Assembly (NCBI GenBank): GCA_965223265.1 | Contig: OZ244999.1 | Span: 7,808,001 to 7,872,000, forward strand | Source: Planctomycetota bacterium | GTDB lineage: Bacteria; Planctomycetota; UBA8108; SXIK01 | Direction of reading: 5' to 3' | Length of the DNA: 64,000 bases | Part shown: positions 18,321 through 27,965 of the stretch, in pieces | Position numbering within the stretch: the first letter of the stretch is position 1 | Layout of the letters: every line of letters begins with the position of its first letter | Notes under the pieces: model-generated | What the model saw: the letters and a program-made list of their open reading frames with translations, nothing else | Told to the model about the DNA's origin: nothing | Databases searched by the model: none | Program-made: the position numbers and the translations under genes

Positions 18321-20568
18321 CTCGTTTGATGACGATCTCCGACCAGCCATCGCCGTCGAAATCTGCCGCGGTGACCACGGAAGGGCCGTGAAAACACACT
18401 GGTGGTGGTCCGAGCAGAAAAAACCTTCCCCGAATTCGCGGGCGATAGCCTTGCACGAAGGTGCCGTCGCCGCGGTTGAGCCGGATCTTCAGATCGGTCG
18501 TCACGGAGTCGAGATCGCCGTCGCCGTCGAGGTCACAGAGCGTGTCCGTTGCCCGCACCAAAGAGCGTTCGGACTCAAAAACGCCGTTTTGATTTCGCAA
18601 GAGCGAGTATTGACGCTGGGACTCCGGTTCGCGGACGCGGACCACGAGATCTGAGTCGCCATCGCCGTCGAGATCAGCCGCCCTCAACCCTGGCCAGATC
18701 GTCTCGTACGGAATCTCCGACTCCTCAAGTGTATCCCCTCGGTTGAGGAACAGTCGCAAACGACCACGGAGTCGATAGCCATCGCGAAAGTTCTTCAGTG
18801 CGACGAAGTCCATACGGAGATCTGCGTCGACGCGCGCAGGCACGACCTGATCCGGCGCCTCGTCAAGGCGAAAGCGTCGACCCTCAGTGAAGCAGCCACC
18901 ACCATCGTTGAGGAGCGTTTCGATCCACCCGCCGCCATACGAGACGACGTCCACGTCACCGTCGAAGTCCATGTCGACCGTCAGGTTGACACCATGGATG
19001 ATAGAGAGGGGTACACGCTGCGTGATGACAAACCCGCTGCCGATCACACCGCGTGCGACCGAGAACTGACTCTCCTCGAAGAGAAGGAGATCGGGGTAGG
19101 CGTCGCGATCGACGTGCTCCAGTCGGCTTTCGGTGAGACTGCCAAAGTCGAGCGTCGCTCCCTGCGAGAAGAAACCGCGGCCGTCGTTGAAGAGTGTCTG
19201 AAACGTGCCGTCTTGGTCGAGAACGACATCAACGTCGCCATCCGCGTCGAGGTCGCCGTGAAGAAACGCTGTCTCTGTGGTCCGAGCTGCGAGCGTCAAG
19301 AACTGATCAGGGTTGAAAAAGACCCCACCCTCGTTCCAGAGAATCGTCGTCACGGCGGCGCAGAGGTCTCCGACTGCGAGATCGAGGTCACCGTCAGCAT
19401 CAAAGTCTCCGGCTCCGATCGTCGAGGGACCTCCTCCTGCCGGCAGCGTCACGCGGCCTTGAACCATCCCACCCTGACGCGACAGAAATAGCTCGACGCC
19501 ACGTTCGCGCAGAACGAGAGCGATGTCGCGGCGACCGTCACCGTCGAGGTCCGCGAAGAGACCGTCCATGATTTCGGCGGCGGTGGGGAGAACAATGGGG
19601 AGGAACTCGTGGTCGCCGCGATCCTGCAGTAGGGTGAGCTCCGTGCGCCCGCCGAACGCGATCCACGGCTCGTCGCTCTCGTGGAGCGCGGGAGCGGCCG
19701 CAATCCACCTGCGATAGAAGGGAACGTCGGCGATGACGGCGTGACGCGAAAAGCTCAAGTCGCCTTCGTTCCGGTGCACTTCGAGCCGCCCGGATCTCGC
19801 CACCACGATGTCGTCGAGTCCGTCTCCGCTCAGGTCCCCGACGACCAAGGCGCCGACGATTTCGATGGCGAAGACCTCGAACTCCGCTGCACCGCGATTG
19901 ACGACCAAGCGCACGCCTTCGGAACTAGTCAAGATCGCGTCGAGATCGCCGTCGCCGTCGAGATCTGAGGCCGACAGGCCGCTCCCCGCCTCAGGAACAG
20001 TCTGCGTCCAAACCGTGTCGAACGTGGCGTCTCCGTTCGCCGCGAAAAGCTCGATTCCGTGGTCTCCGATACGCATCACATCCGAGCGGCCATCGCCGTC
20101 GAAGTCGCCAAGGATCAGATCGCCAGTTGCGTCAACACCAGTCGCCACAGCCTCGAAGCGCCGTTCGGGTCGACTCACGAACACGGTCAGCTGACGGTCT
20201 TTCACGGTGACGAGGTCGGTGCGGCCGTCGCCGTCGATGTCCGCCGCGCCGATGAGCGCCCCAGTATCGACTCCCGCCGAGTACGGCGGCACCACTTCGC
20301 ACTCGTCAGGGATCGCGTTGGCGTTACAGTCGTCGCTCGTGCGGCGCTCGCCAACATCGAGCGCATCGTCGATGCCGTTGTTGTTACAGTCGCGAGACGC
20401 CTCCGCGACTTCGTCGTCGGTGCCTGCGAACAATGCAGCCGACGGAAGCAGAGCCATCAACTGAACTATGAACCACGCCGCGCCGCTCAGGATCCATGCC
20501 TCCTCTCTCCGTAGATGGACCGAACTGGGTTGGCCTGTCATGTTCTGCTCCGATCGTCGTTCACTCAC
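17965..20568 (-). CDS. FG-GAP/VCBS repeat protein with dockerin-like C-terminus (copy A; start uncertain)
   Basis: Many D.DGDG..D repeats; N-terminal DCN.N.IPDEC; FRRGDANGDG dockerin-like tail. Confidence 0.88.
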   Translation of the reverse strand: MSERRSEQNMTGQPSSVHLRREEAWILSGAAWFIVQLMALLPSAALFAGTDDEVAEASRDCNNNGIDDALDVGERRTSDDCNANAIPDECEVVPPYSAGVDTGALIGAADIDGDGRTDLVTVKDRQLTVFVSRPERRFEAVATGVDATGDLILGDFDGDGRSDVMRIGDHGIELFAANGDATFDTVWTQTVPEAGSGLSASDLDGDGDLDAILTSSEGVRLVVNRGAAEFEVFAIEIVGALVVGDLSGDGLDDIVVARSGRLEVHRNEGDLSFSRHAVIADVPFYRRWIAAAPALHESDEPWIAFGGRTELTLLQDRGDHEFLPIVLPTAAEIMDGLFADLDGDGRRDIALVLRERGVELFLSRQGGMVQGRVTLPAGGGPSTIGAGDFDADGDLDLAVGDLCAAVTTILWNEGGVFFNPDQFLTLAARTTETAFLHGDLDADGDVDVVLDQDGTFQTLFNDGRGFFSQGATLDFGSLTESRLEHVDRDAYPDLLLFEESQFSVARGVIGSGFVITQRVPLSIIHGVNLTVDMDFDGDVDVVSYGGGWIETLLNDGGGCFTEGRRFRLDEAPDQVVPARVDADLRMDFVALKNFRDGYRLRGRLRLFLNRGDTLEESEIPYETIWPGLRAADLDGDGDSDLVVRVREPESQRQYSLLRNQNGVFESERSLVRATDTLCDLDGDGDLDSVTTDLKIRLNRGDGTFVQGYRPRIRGRFFLLGPPPVCFHGPSVVTAADFDGDGWSEIVIKRASNHFALLRPQLAGLRDADGDTLPDDCAAEFRRGDANGDGTIDAADASAILVRLFASGEDFGCRAAEDVDDSGGVSISDAIALLSYLFRAGAAPHEPFAACGIDPTADVGCRAQRGCE

Positions 20569-20916
20569 AACCGCGCTGCGCGCGGCAGCCTACGTCGGCG
20601 GTGGGATCGATACCGCAGGCGGCGAACGGCTCGTGCGGTGCGGCGCCGGCGCGGAAGAGGTAGCTCAAAAGCGCGATCGCATCGCTGATGCTAATGCCGC
20701 CGCTGTCGTCGACGTCCTCGGCCGCGCGACAGCCGAAGTCCTCACCGGAAGCGAACAGCCGTACGAGGATCGCGCTCGCGTCCGCCGCGTCGATCGTGCC
20801 GTCGCCGTTGGCATCGCCGCGGCGAAACTCCGCCGCGCAGTCGTCCGGCAGCGTGTCGCCGTCGCCGTCGCGGAGGCCCTCGAGCTGCGGGCGCAGCAGC
20901 GCGAAGTGGTTCGACG
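20561..20916. repeat. ~350-bp near-identical direct repeat, copy 2
   Basis: Direct sequence comparison with copies 1 and 3. Confidence 0.95.
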
Positions 20917-23152
20917 CGGGCTGGACGATAAGCTCCGACCAGCCGTCACCGTCGAAGTCAGCCGCGGTGACCAAGGGGAGGGTAGGGTACGGATGAACGA
21001 TGCAGGCTGAACCACCGAGACGCACGAATGTCGGAGAAACCAGCGGTTCGCCCCCCGGCACGAACGTGCCGTCGCCGCGGTTGAGCTGAACCCTCAGGTC
21101 CGGAGACACCGAGTCGAGATCACCGTCGCCGTCGAGGTCACAGAAAGTATCGTTTGGCCGCGCTGACGAGAAGTCGGGCTCAAAGACGCCGTCCTGGTTT
21201 CGCAGGAGTGAGTATTGGCGCTCCGAGTCCACCCGGCGAACCTGCCCGACGAGATCCGAGTCGCCATCGCCGTCAAGGTCCACTAACCGGAACCCGAATC
21301 CAACCATCTCGTACGGAAGCTCTGACAACTCGAGCGTATCCCCTCGATTCAGGAAGAGTCGCAAACGACCGTCGAATTGTCCCACGAAGTCCACGCGCGC
21401 ATCGGCGTCGACGCGGGCCGGGACGAGGCAGCCCGACGCCTGATCAAGTCGAAAGCGGCGACCCTCGGTGAAGTGGCCGTGGCCATCGTTGAGGAGCGTT
21501 TCAATCCATCCACCGCCACAGGAAACGACATCCGTATCGCCATCGATGTCCATGTCCACCGTCCAGACGACGCCATCGATCACTGTCAGCGGCACGACCT
21601 GCGTGACGACGAACCCGATATCGATCACGCCGAGCGCAACGGAAAACTGACTCGACTCGAAGAGAAGCAAGTCCGGATAGACATCGTCGTCCACCTTTTC
21701 CAGCCGCCCCTCGCACAGCGGACGCTCAAAGTCAACGGCAACTCCTTTTGACAAGAAGCCGCGACCGTCGTTGAGCAGAGCCTGAAAAACACCATCCTGC
21801 TCGAGCAACACGTCGACGTCGCCATCCGCGTCCAGATCCCCACGCAGGAACCGATCCCCGATCCGGGACGCGGCGATTTGATTCGGGTTGAAAAACTCTC
21901 CGCCCTCGTTCCACAGGATCGAGATGGCTCCGCCGCAGTCGTCAGTAACCGCAACGTCGAGGTCTGTGTCGCCATCAAAATCGCCTGCTTCGATGTCCCA
22001 GGGATGCGGCCCGGCGGGTAGCATCGTTCGTCTTTGAACAGATCCACCCTGCCGCGACAAGGCCAATTCGACGCCGCGATTCTCGAGGACCAACGCGAGG
22101 TCACGGCGACCGTCACCGTCGAGGTCGGCAAAGAGACCGTTCACAACTTCGGCGGCGGTGGGGAGAGCGATGCGAAGGAACTCTCCGTTGCCTCGATCCT
22201 TCAGGAAGGTGAATTGATCGCGCCCGCCGAGCGCAATCCATGGCTCTTCGCTCTGGTGCAAAACGGGGGCGATGGCCAGCCAGTCGCGAATGATCAGACT
22301 GGAAATCGTGGCGGCACGAAAGAAGCTCAAGTCGCCACGATTCGTGTGGACTTCGACGCTTCGAAACGTCGTCACGATGTCGTCGAGCCCGTCGCCGTTG
22401 AGGTCACCGGCTGCCACCATTCTCCCAGAGATCTCCGTCGGGACGATGTCGAACTCGGCGGGTGCACGATTGACGAGTAGATGAACGACTCCAGCTGCGG
22501 CCACGATCGCGTCAAGATCGCCGTCGTCATCCAAGTCCGAAGCTGCAACGCCACGATCGACCTCTGCAATCGATTCGCTCCAAGCAGAGACGAACGTGCC
22601 GTCGCCGTTACCCGCGAGAAGTTCAACTGCTTCGCCCCCGACGCGGAGGAGATCCTCCCGGCCATTGGAGTCGAAGTCTCCGACCAACACCTCCCCGGAC
22701 GAATCGATGAGCGTGAACACGAGAGCGAAGCGTCGTCCTGGTCGAGCGAGAAAGACGTGCAGTCGTTCATCTCTCACGGTGACGAGATCGGCGCGGCCGT
22801 CGCCGTCGAAGTCCGCCACGCAGCGCAGCTCACCCATATCGGCTCCGGCTGAGTACGTCGGCACGACCTCGCACTCGTCAGGAATCGCGTTGCTGTTACA
22901 GTCGTCGCTCGTGCGGCGCTCGCCGATGTCGAGCGCGTCGTCGATGTCGTTGTCGTTGCAGTCAGGGAATTCGTCTCCGCTGTCGCCGAAACTGCTACCG
23001 GTCAGAGGTTGATTCGCTGCGAGTAGAGCAACGATGAATATGTTCGCGACACTTAGAATCCAGCCGTTCAAGCCTCTGAGGCTTGGTACCTTTGGGTCGC
23101 GCACACTCGCGGGTCCGGTCATGATGAGGTCTACTCCAGCTGCGTTATTCAC
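20561..23152 (-). CDS. FG-GAP/VCBS repeat protein with dockerin-like C-terminus (copy B; start uncertain)
   Basis: Full-length colinear paralog of copy A. Confidence 0.88.
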   Translation of the reverse strand: MNNAAGVDLIMTGPASVRDPKVPSLRGLNGWILSVANIFIVALLAANQPLTGSSFGDSGDEFPDCNDNDIDDALDIGERRTSDDCNSNAIPDECEVVPTYSAGADMGELRCVADFDGDGRADLVTVRDERLHVFLARPGRRFALVFTLIDSSGEVLVGDFDSNGREDLLRVGGEAVELLAGNGDGTFVSAWSESIAEVDRGVAASDLDDDGDLDAIVAAAGVVHLLVNRAPAEFDIVPTEISGRMVAAGDLNGDGLDDIVTTFRSVEVHTNRGDLSFFRAATISSLIIRDWLAIAPVLHQSEEPWIALGGRDQFTFLKDRGNGEFLRIALPTAAEVVNGLFADLDGDGRRDLALVLENRGVELALSRQGGSVQRRTMLPAGPHPWDIEAGDFDGDTDLDVAVTDDCGGAISILWNEGGEFFNPNQIAASRIGDRFLRGDLDADGDVDVLLEQDGVFQALLNDGRGFLSKGVAVDFERPLCEGRLEKVDDDVYPDLLLFESSQFSVALGVIDIGFVVTQVVPLTVIDGVVWTVDMDIDGDTDVVSCGGGWIETLLNDGHGHFTEGRRFRLDQASGCLVPARVDADARVDFVGQFDGRLRLFLNRGDTLELSELPYEMVGFGFRLVDLDGDGDSDLVGQVRRVDSERQYSLLRNQDGVFEPDFSSARPNDTFCDLDGDGDLDSVSPDLRVQLNRGDGTFVPGGEPLVSPTFVRLGGSACIVHPYPTLPLVTAADFDGDGWSELIVQPASNHFALLRPQLEGLRDGDGDTLPDDCAAEFRRGDANGDGTIDAADASAILVRLFASGEDFGCRAAEDVDDSGGISISDAIALLSYLFRAGAAPHEPFAACGIDPTADVGCRAQRGCE

Positions 23153-23497
23153 AACCGCGCTGCGCGCGGCAGCCTACGTCGGCGGTGGGATCGATACCGC
23201 AGGCGGCGAACGGCTCGTGCGGTGCGGCGCCGGCGCGGAAGAGGTAGCTCAAAAGCGCGATCGCATCGCTGATGCTGACGCCGCCGCTGTCGTCGACGTC
23301 CTCGGCCGCGCGACAGCCGAAGTCCTCACCGGAAGCAAAGAGTAGCGCCAGGATTGCGCTCGCGTCCGCCGCGTCGATCGTGCCGTCGCCGTTGGCATCG
23401 CCGCGGCGAAACTCCGCCGCGCAGTCGTCCGGCAGCGTGTCGCCGTCGCCGTCGCGGAGGCCCTCGAGCTGCGGGCGCAGGAGCGCCACATGGTTCG
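23145..23497. repeat. ~350-bp near-identical direct repeat, copy 3
   Basis: Direct sequence comparison; one short divergent patch near 23337-23349. Confidence 0.93.
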
Positions 23498-25703
23498 TAC
23501 TTCGCCGTACCACGATCTCGGACCAGCCGTCGCCGTCAAAATCCGCCGAGGTGACGACTGGTGGCGTCCCACCGCATCCGAAACCGGAGGCTGGAAAAAA
23601 GCTCGCCGGCCGCCACACGAACGTGCCGTCGCCGCGGTTGAGGCCGATCGTTAGATCCTCGGACACGACGTCAACGTCGCCGTCGCCGTCGAGGTCGCTG
23701 ACGGCCTCGACGTCTTCGACGGAAGAGACCTCCGGCTCGAAGGATCCCCCCTGGTTGCGCAAAAGAGTGTCGATCTGTGGCGAACCCGGCTCACGGACAG
23801 GGATGAACAGATCGGTGTCACCGTCACCGTCGACATCGGCGGCATGCAGCCGCCCCGTTCTGGCCGGGAGGGGAAACTCCGAGACCTGGAGTGAGTCACC
23901 ACGATTCAGGAACATCCTCAGAGGCCACCGTCGAGGCGCGAGGGGATCCTCCACAAGAGCAAAAAAATCGACGAACTCATCCCCATCGATCCGACCAGCA
24001 AGAATTCGCAGCGGCTCGCCGCCGACGCGAAAACGCTTTCCCTGTGTGAAACAGCCTTGACCGTCGTTGACGGCGAAGTCGATCCAACCGCTGCCGTAGG
24101 AGACGACGTCGGCGTCACCGTCCGACTCAAGATCGACGACCAGTCGCAGCGCGTCCGGTATGGCCAGCGGGACGTGCTGCGTGATGACGAATCCGGTGCC
24201 CGCCGTGTTGTGCGCGACGTCGAGGCTCTGAGTACCGAAGAGGAGAAGGTCTGGATAAGCGTCGCCGTCCACGTCCTCGAGCCTCCCCTTCTTTGGTGTC
24301 TCGAATTCGACAAACTCGACGCTGAACCCCGCGGAGAAGGATCCGTGACCATCGTTGAGGAGGGTCTGATACCTCGCGTCTTGCTCGAGAACGATGTCAA
24401 CGTCACCGTCGACGTCGACGTCACCGTGGAGCACGAGCGCATCTGCCGTGACAGAATCCGCGGTTGAGATCTGATCGCGATTGACGAGAACTCCGTTCTC
24501 GTTCCACAGGACTGAGATCGCCCCGCCACACGCGTCGCCGACCGCGAGGTCGACGTCGCCGTCGCCATCGAAGTCGCCAGCCTCGATCGTCAGGGGTGCC
24601 GACCCGGCAGGCAAATGGGTCCTGCCGTGGGCGAACCCACCTTGGCGCGAAATCACCACCTCGACACCGCGGCCCTGGAGAACGAAAGCGGCGTCGCGGC
24701 GGCTATCGCCATCGAAGTCCGCGAAAACGCCGTCGACGACGTCGGCGGGCATCTGCAGGCCAAAGGCACGAAAACCCACATCGACATTGCCGTTCGCCAC
24801 CGTGATCTGCTCCTGACCACCCGCGACGATCCACCGTGGATCGGTGCGGTGAAAAATGGGCGCGATTTCAAGCCAGTCATGAAGACCGAACCCAGGGACT
24901 GGCGCTAAACTCTCAAAGACCAGCCCACCTCGGTTCACGTGAACCGTGAGGGGCGGCAGGGTCGCCAGATCGTCGACCCCATCGCCGTCGAGGTCACCGG
25001 CAGCCGCCACCGAGGCTTTGATCTCGGTGGAAACGACGTCGAAACCCACCGCGCCGCGATTGACCAGCAACACCACAAGGCCGGCAGCGATCACAACGGC
25101 GTCGAGGTCGCCGTCAACTTCGAGATCTGTGGCCGCCACACCACGACCAGCACCCGCGAGGGACTCCGTCCACACCGACTCGAACCTGCCGTCACCAAGG
25201 CCTGCCAAGAGCTCAACGGTGTCGAGCCCGGTCCGCACGACGTCCGCTCGGCCATCGCCATCAAAGTCGCCGACGATCGCATCATGCGTCCACCGCTCGA
25301 CGGGCGTCGACCTCTTCACAAAGCGTCGACCGGAACGTGCGAGATGCACGACCACCTCCTCCCACTCCAGCGCCAGCAGGTCCGAGCGCCCATCCGCGTC
25401 GAAGTCGGCGGCGCCAACGAGCTCTCGGCCCTGGACGCCTGCGGAGTACTGAGGCACGACCTCGCACTCGTCGGGAATCCCGTTGGCGTTACAGTCGCGG
25501 CTGGCGCGACCGGCAACGTCGACGGCGTCGTCTTCGCCGTTTTTGTTACAGTCTCGGGGCGAGTCGACTGCCTCGCCGCCGCTCAACTGCTGCGGTAGAG
25601 ACAGCCACCCCACGGAGGAGCACGCGAAGGACATGGCGACGGCCAACACGGACCTCTGCCATTCCAGCGCCCACGAACCACGCGCAGCACAACATGCTCT
25701 CAT
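23145..25703 (-). CDS. FG-GAP/VCBS repeat protein with dockerin-like C-terminus (copy C)
   Basis: Colinear paralog; its body is more diverged than A versus B. Confidence 0.88.
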   Translation of the reverse strand: MRACCAARGSWALEWQRSVLAVAMSFACSSVGWLSLPQQLSGGEAVDSPRDCNKNGEDDAVDVAGRASRDCNANGIPDECEVVPQYSAGVQGRELVGAADFDADGRSDLLALEWEEVVVHLARSGRRFVKRSTPVERWTHDAIVGDFDGDGRADVVRTGLDTVELLAGLGDGRFESVWTESLAGAGRGVAATDLEVDGDLDAVVIAAGLVVLLVNRGAVGFDVVSTEIKASVAAAGDLDGDGVDDLATLPPLTVHVNRGGLVFESLAPVPGFGLHDWLEIAPIFHRTDPRWIVAGGQEQITVANGNVDVGFRAFGLQMPADVVDGVFADFDGDSRRDAAFVLQGRGVEVVISRQGGFAHGRTHLPAGSAPLTIEAGDFDGDGDVDLAVGDACGGAISVLWNENGVLVNRDQISTADSVTADALVLHGDVDVDGDVDIVLEQDARYQTLLNDGHGSFSAGFSVEFVEFETPKKGRLEDVDGDAYPDLLLFGTQSLDVAHNTAGTGFVITQHVPLAIPDALRLVVDLESDGDADVVSYGSGWIDFAVNDGQGCFTQGKRFRVGGEPLRILAGRIDGDEFVDFFALVEDPLAPRRWPLRMFLNRGDSLQVSEFPLPARTGRLHAADVDGDGDTDLFIPVREPGSPQIDTLLRNQGGSFEPEVSSVEDVEAVSDLDGDGDVDVVSEDLTIGLNRGDGTFVWRPASFFPASGFGCGGTPPVVTSADFDGDGWSEIVVRRSTNHVALLRPQLEGLRDGDGDTLPDDCAAEFRRGDANGDGTIDAADASAILALLFASGEDFGCRAAEDVDDSGGVSISDAIALLSYLFRAGAAPHEPFAACGIDPTADVGCRAQRGCE

Positions 25704-25970
25704 CGCTGGATCGAACCTCAGGTCAGGCGAATCATCCAGCGGTCAAGGAAGGAGGGAGTACGGCTATCCTGAGCTGCTGATGGGCGACTGTCAACTAAGA
25801 CGCGAAGAGAATTCCCGCGAAAGAGTCTCTAACGACCGCTCCAAAAGTCTCGATCTCCAGCAGAGAGACAAGACATGGTCGACTGCGCGCGGCTCATTGG
25901 TTCTGTCCTTCGTTCCCTTCTGTTCGATAGTTTTCTTGAACACAAAAACAAAGGGCGCAGTGAGAGACCG

Positions 25971-27593
25971 TCACCTTCCCAGGAGCGAAACACGCGGGAG
26001 GTACTCGCGCACATAGCGCCGCCGCCACCATTCGCCACTGGCGCGGCGCTCCCCGGGAGACGTGAACTCATAAGAGTAAAGCTGCGCGCGCAGGTAACGT
26101 GGTGGCGTCTCGGGGAACGGGTTGTTTTCGAGGAGCTTGAGAACTGTCTCTTCACCTTCGAGAAGGCGGAAGCAGAAGCGTTGAAACCAAAAGTTTTGCC
26201 GAACACCGCCGAGCGCGGCAAACCACATCTGCCAATCCAGCCGCGGCATGTGCGGCTGCACGAACGCCGGTCGCCGATCGAGCCGCCCGGGTTTGTAGAC
26301 GAACTCGTAGCTCTTCCACGTGATCCCATCGTCACTGCCTTCGACGACGATTTCCGGCCGCTCGGTTGTCATGTCGGCGAAGAGTCCGTAACCGTTCACC
26401 GATCGCAGAGGTCGCGTCCACTCGAGGACCGGATCGGCCTCGCCCAGCCAGGCGCGTGGCCAGTCGAAGGTCCGCAGCACCGTGCTGAGAGTTGGCGGCA
26501 GACTGAGCAGAAAGAGCGCGAGCGCTGCGGGGACGGTGACAACGTGCGGCCCGGAGCGACCGGGAAGCGATCGCCCGACGCGCTCGGATGCGACGTGATC
26601 GCTTCCCGCCCCGCCCGGCACCCGGTCACTCTCGTGGATACCGTGAGTGACTCTCGGAGCTCCGCCGCAGCCTCGGCGCAGCCGCGCGCCGAAGCGCACG
26701 CACGCGCCCCAAAGCGAGCGCCAAGCCGCGTCGTCGACAAGCGGCACGCAGAGAAGAATCGTCAGCACGTTGAAAAAGCAATAGTTCCCGGTGGCGATGA
26801 TCACCACCTGAAGTAGAGCCAACAGAAGCGCAGCAACGAGTCGCAGCGGCCGCGGCCAAAAAACTAAAAGCGGGACGACGAGCTCCAGAAAGAACATGAT
26901 CGCCGTCGACACCTTGTGCAGCTCCGCCGGCAAATGGTGCACGTACCATGCCGTCCACGGTGGGAGCGGTTGCGTCATGTAGTGATATTCAAGCGCCGTC
27001 AGGTCGCGCCACACGGGATCGCCGCTGGCGATTTTGACGAGGCCTGAAAGCAACATGAACCGACAGAGGAGCCAACGGTGCAGCCAAATGAACGCAGCCG
27101 ATGGCTCGGCGAAACTTCGCAGCCGTGGTCGCAGTCGACACGGCGCCAGAAAGACGGCAAGTAGACCCACCTCGAGAAGAAGCGCGTCCCACTGAAAGTT
27201 GAAGAACGTCTGACCGGCGACGACGAGAGACAGGTAGAGACTCCAGAGGAGGAGCCACCAGATGGCAGCGAAAGGAAAACAGATGCAGTAAAGAGCGATG
27301 AACGTCCCCAAAGCGCAAAGGAGATGGAGGGCACCGTCGCCTGCTCCGAGCCAAAGCCACGTCGGCAGCTTCCAGTACGCGCCGGTACCGAGCTGATTTT
27401 TCGCGACTTCCAGATGCTCCCCGACCGGCAGGATGCCACGGGCACCGACGAGCGCCTCCGCTTGCACCCAATAGGACAGAAACGCGACAAGATAGACGAG
27501 ACCGAGCCCCCGCAAGTAGAGAGCGGTCGCGATGAAAAGAGAACGGTCATTCCCAGCGTTGTCGGATCGCATGTCGAGAGATGTCCGGATCAC
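25971..27593 (-). CDS. Lipase maturation factor (LMF1) family membrane protein
   Basis: FQWDALLLEVG, SGLVK...D..WRDLTAL.YHY.TQPLP, TGNY.FFN, NGYGLFA.MT..RPE, PHMPRLDWQMWFAA. Confidence 0.95.
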   Translation of the reverse strand: MIRTSLDMRSDNAGNDRSLFIATALYLRGLGLVYLVAFLSYWVQAEALVGARGILPVGEHLEVAKNQLGTGAYWKLPTWLWLGAGDGALHLLCALGTFIALYCICFPFAAIWWLLLWSLYLSLVVAGQTFFNFQWDALLLEVGLLAVFLAPCRLRPRLRSFAEPSAAFIWLHRWLLCRFMLLSGLVKIASGDPVWRDLTALEYHYMTQPLPPWTAWYVHHLPAELHKVSTAIMFFLELVVPLLVFWPRPLRLVAALLLALLQVVIIATGNYCFFNVLTILLCVPLVDDAAWRSLWGACVRFGARLRRGCGGAPRVTHGIHESDRVPGGAGSDHVASERVGRSLPGRSGPHVVTVPAALALFLLSLPPTLSTVLRTFDWPRAWLGEADPVLEWTRPLRSVNGYGLFADMTTERPEIVVEGSDDGITWKSYEFVYKPGRLDRRPAFVQPHMPRLDWQMWFAALGGVRQNFWFQRFCFRLLEGEETVLKLLENNPFPETPPRYLRAQLYSYEFTSPGERRASGEWWRRRYVREYLPRVSLLGR

Positions 27594-27965
27594 CAGACGG
27601 TGTGACGTTCAAGAGGGAAACGCCGAAAGCGCCGCGCCCGCGCATCCCTAAGGAAGGATCGCGTAGGATGTCTCGAGCGCGTGGTTCATGGAGCGCGATA
27701 CCCAAAGCTCCCGTTTGCGGCGAAGGTATCCCATCGCATCCTTCGTTCACTTCTGTTCAAGAAAATCTATCGAACACAAGGGAGCAAAAAAAACGAAGAG
27801 TCGAACCAACGAAACTGAAATCCGGGCGCCTTCTTTCACTCTCCAGGGGCGGACCCGCCCTCCGGTGTCCGTCCAATCTCGGCGGTTGGCTTAGGTTCGC
27901 AGCTTCGAGTAAGCTGAGGCCTCGTACCGTCCGTCCTGCGGGGAGAAACTCGAGCCCGACTCTTC

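Noticed and set aside
17965-23497. Diversity-generating retroelement (TR/VR) explanation for the three near-identical 3' repeats
   Set aside because: No reverse transcriptase in the window, all three copies are coding, and the differences are not confined to adenine positions
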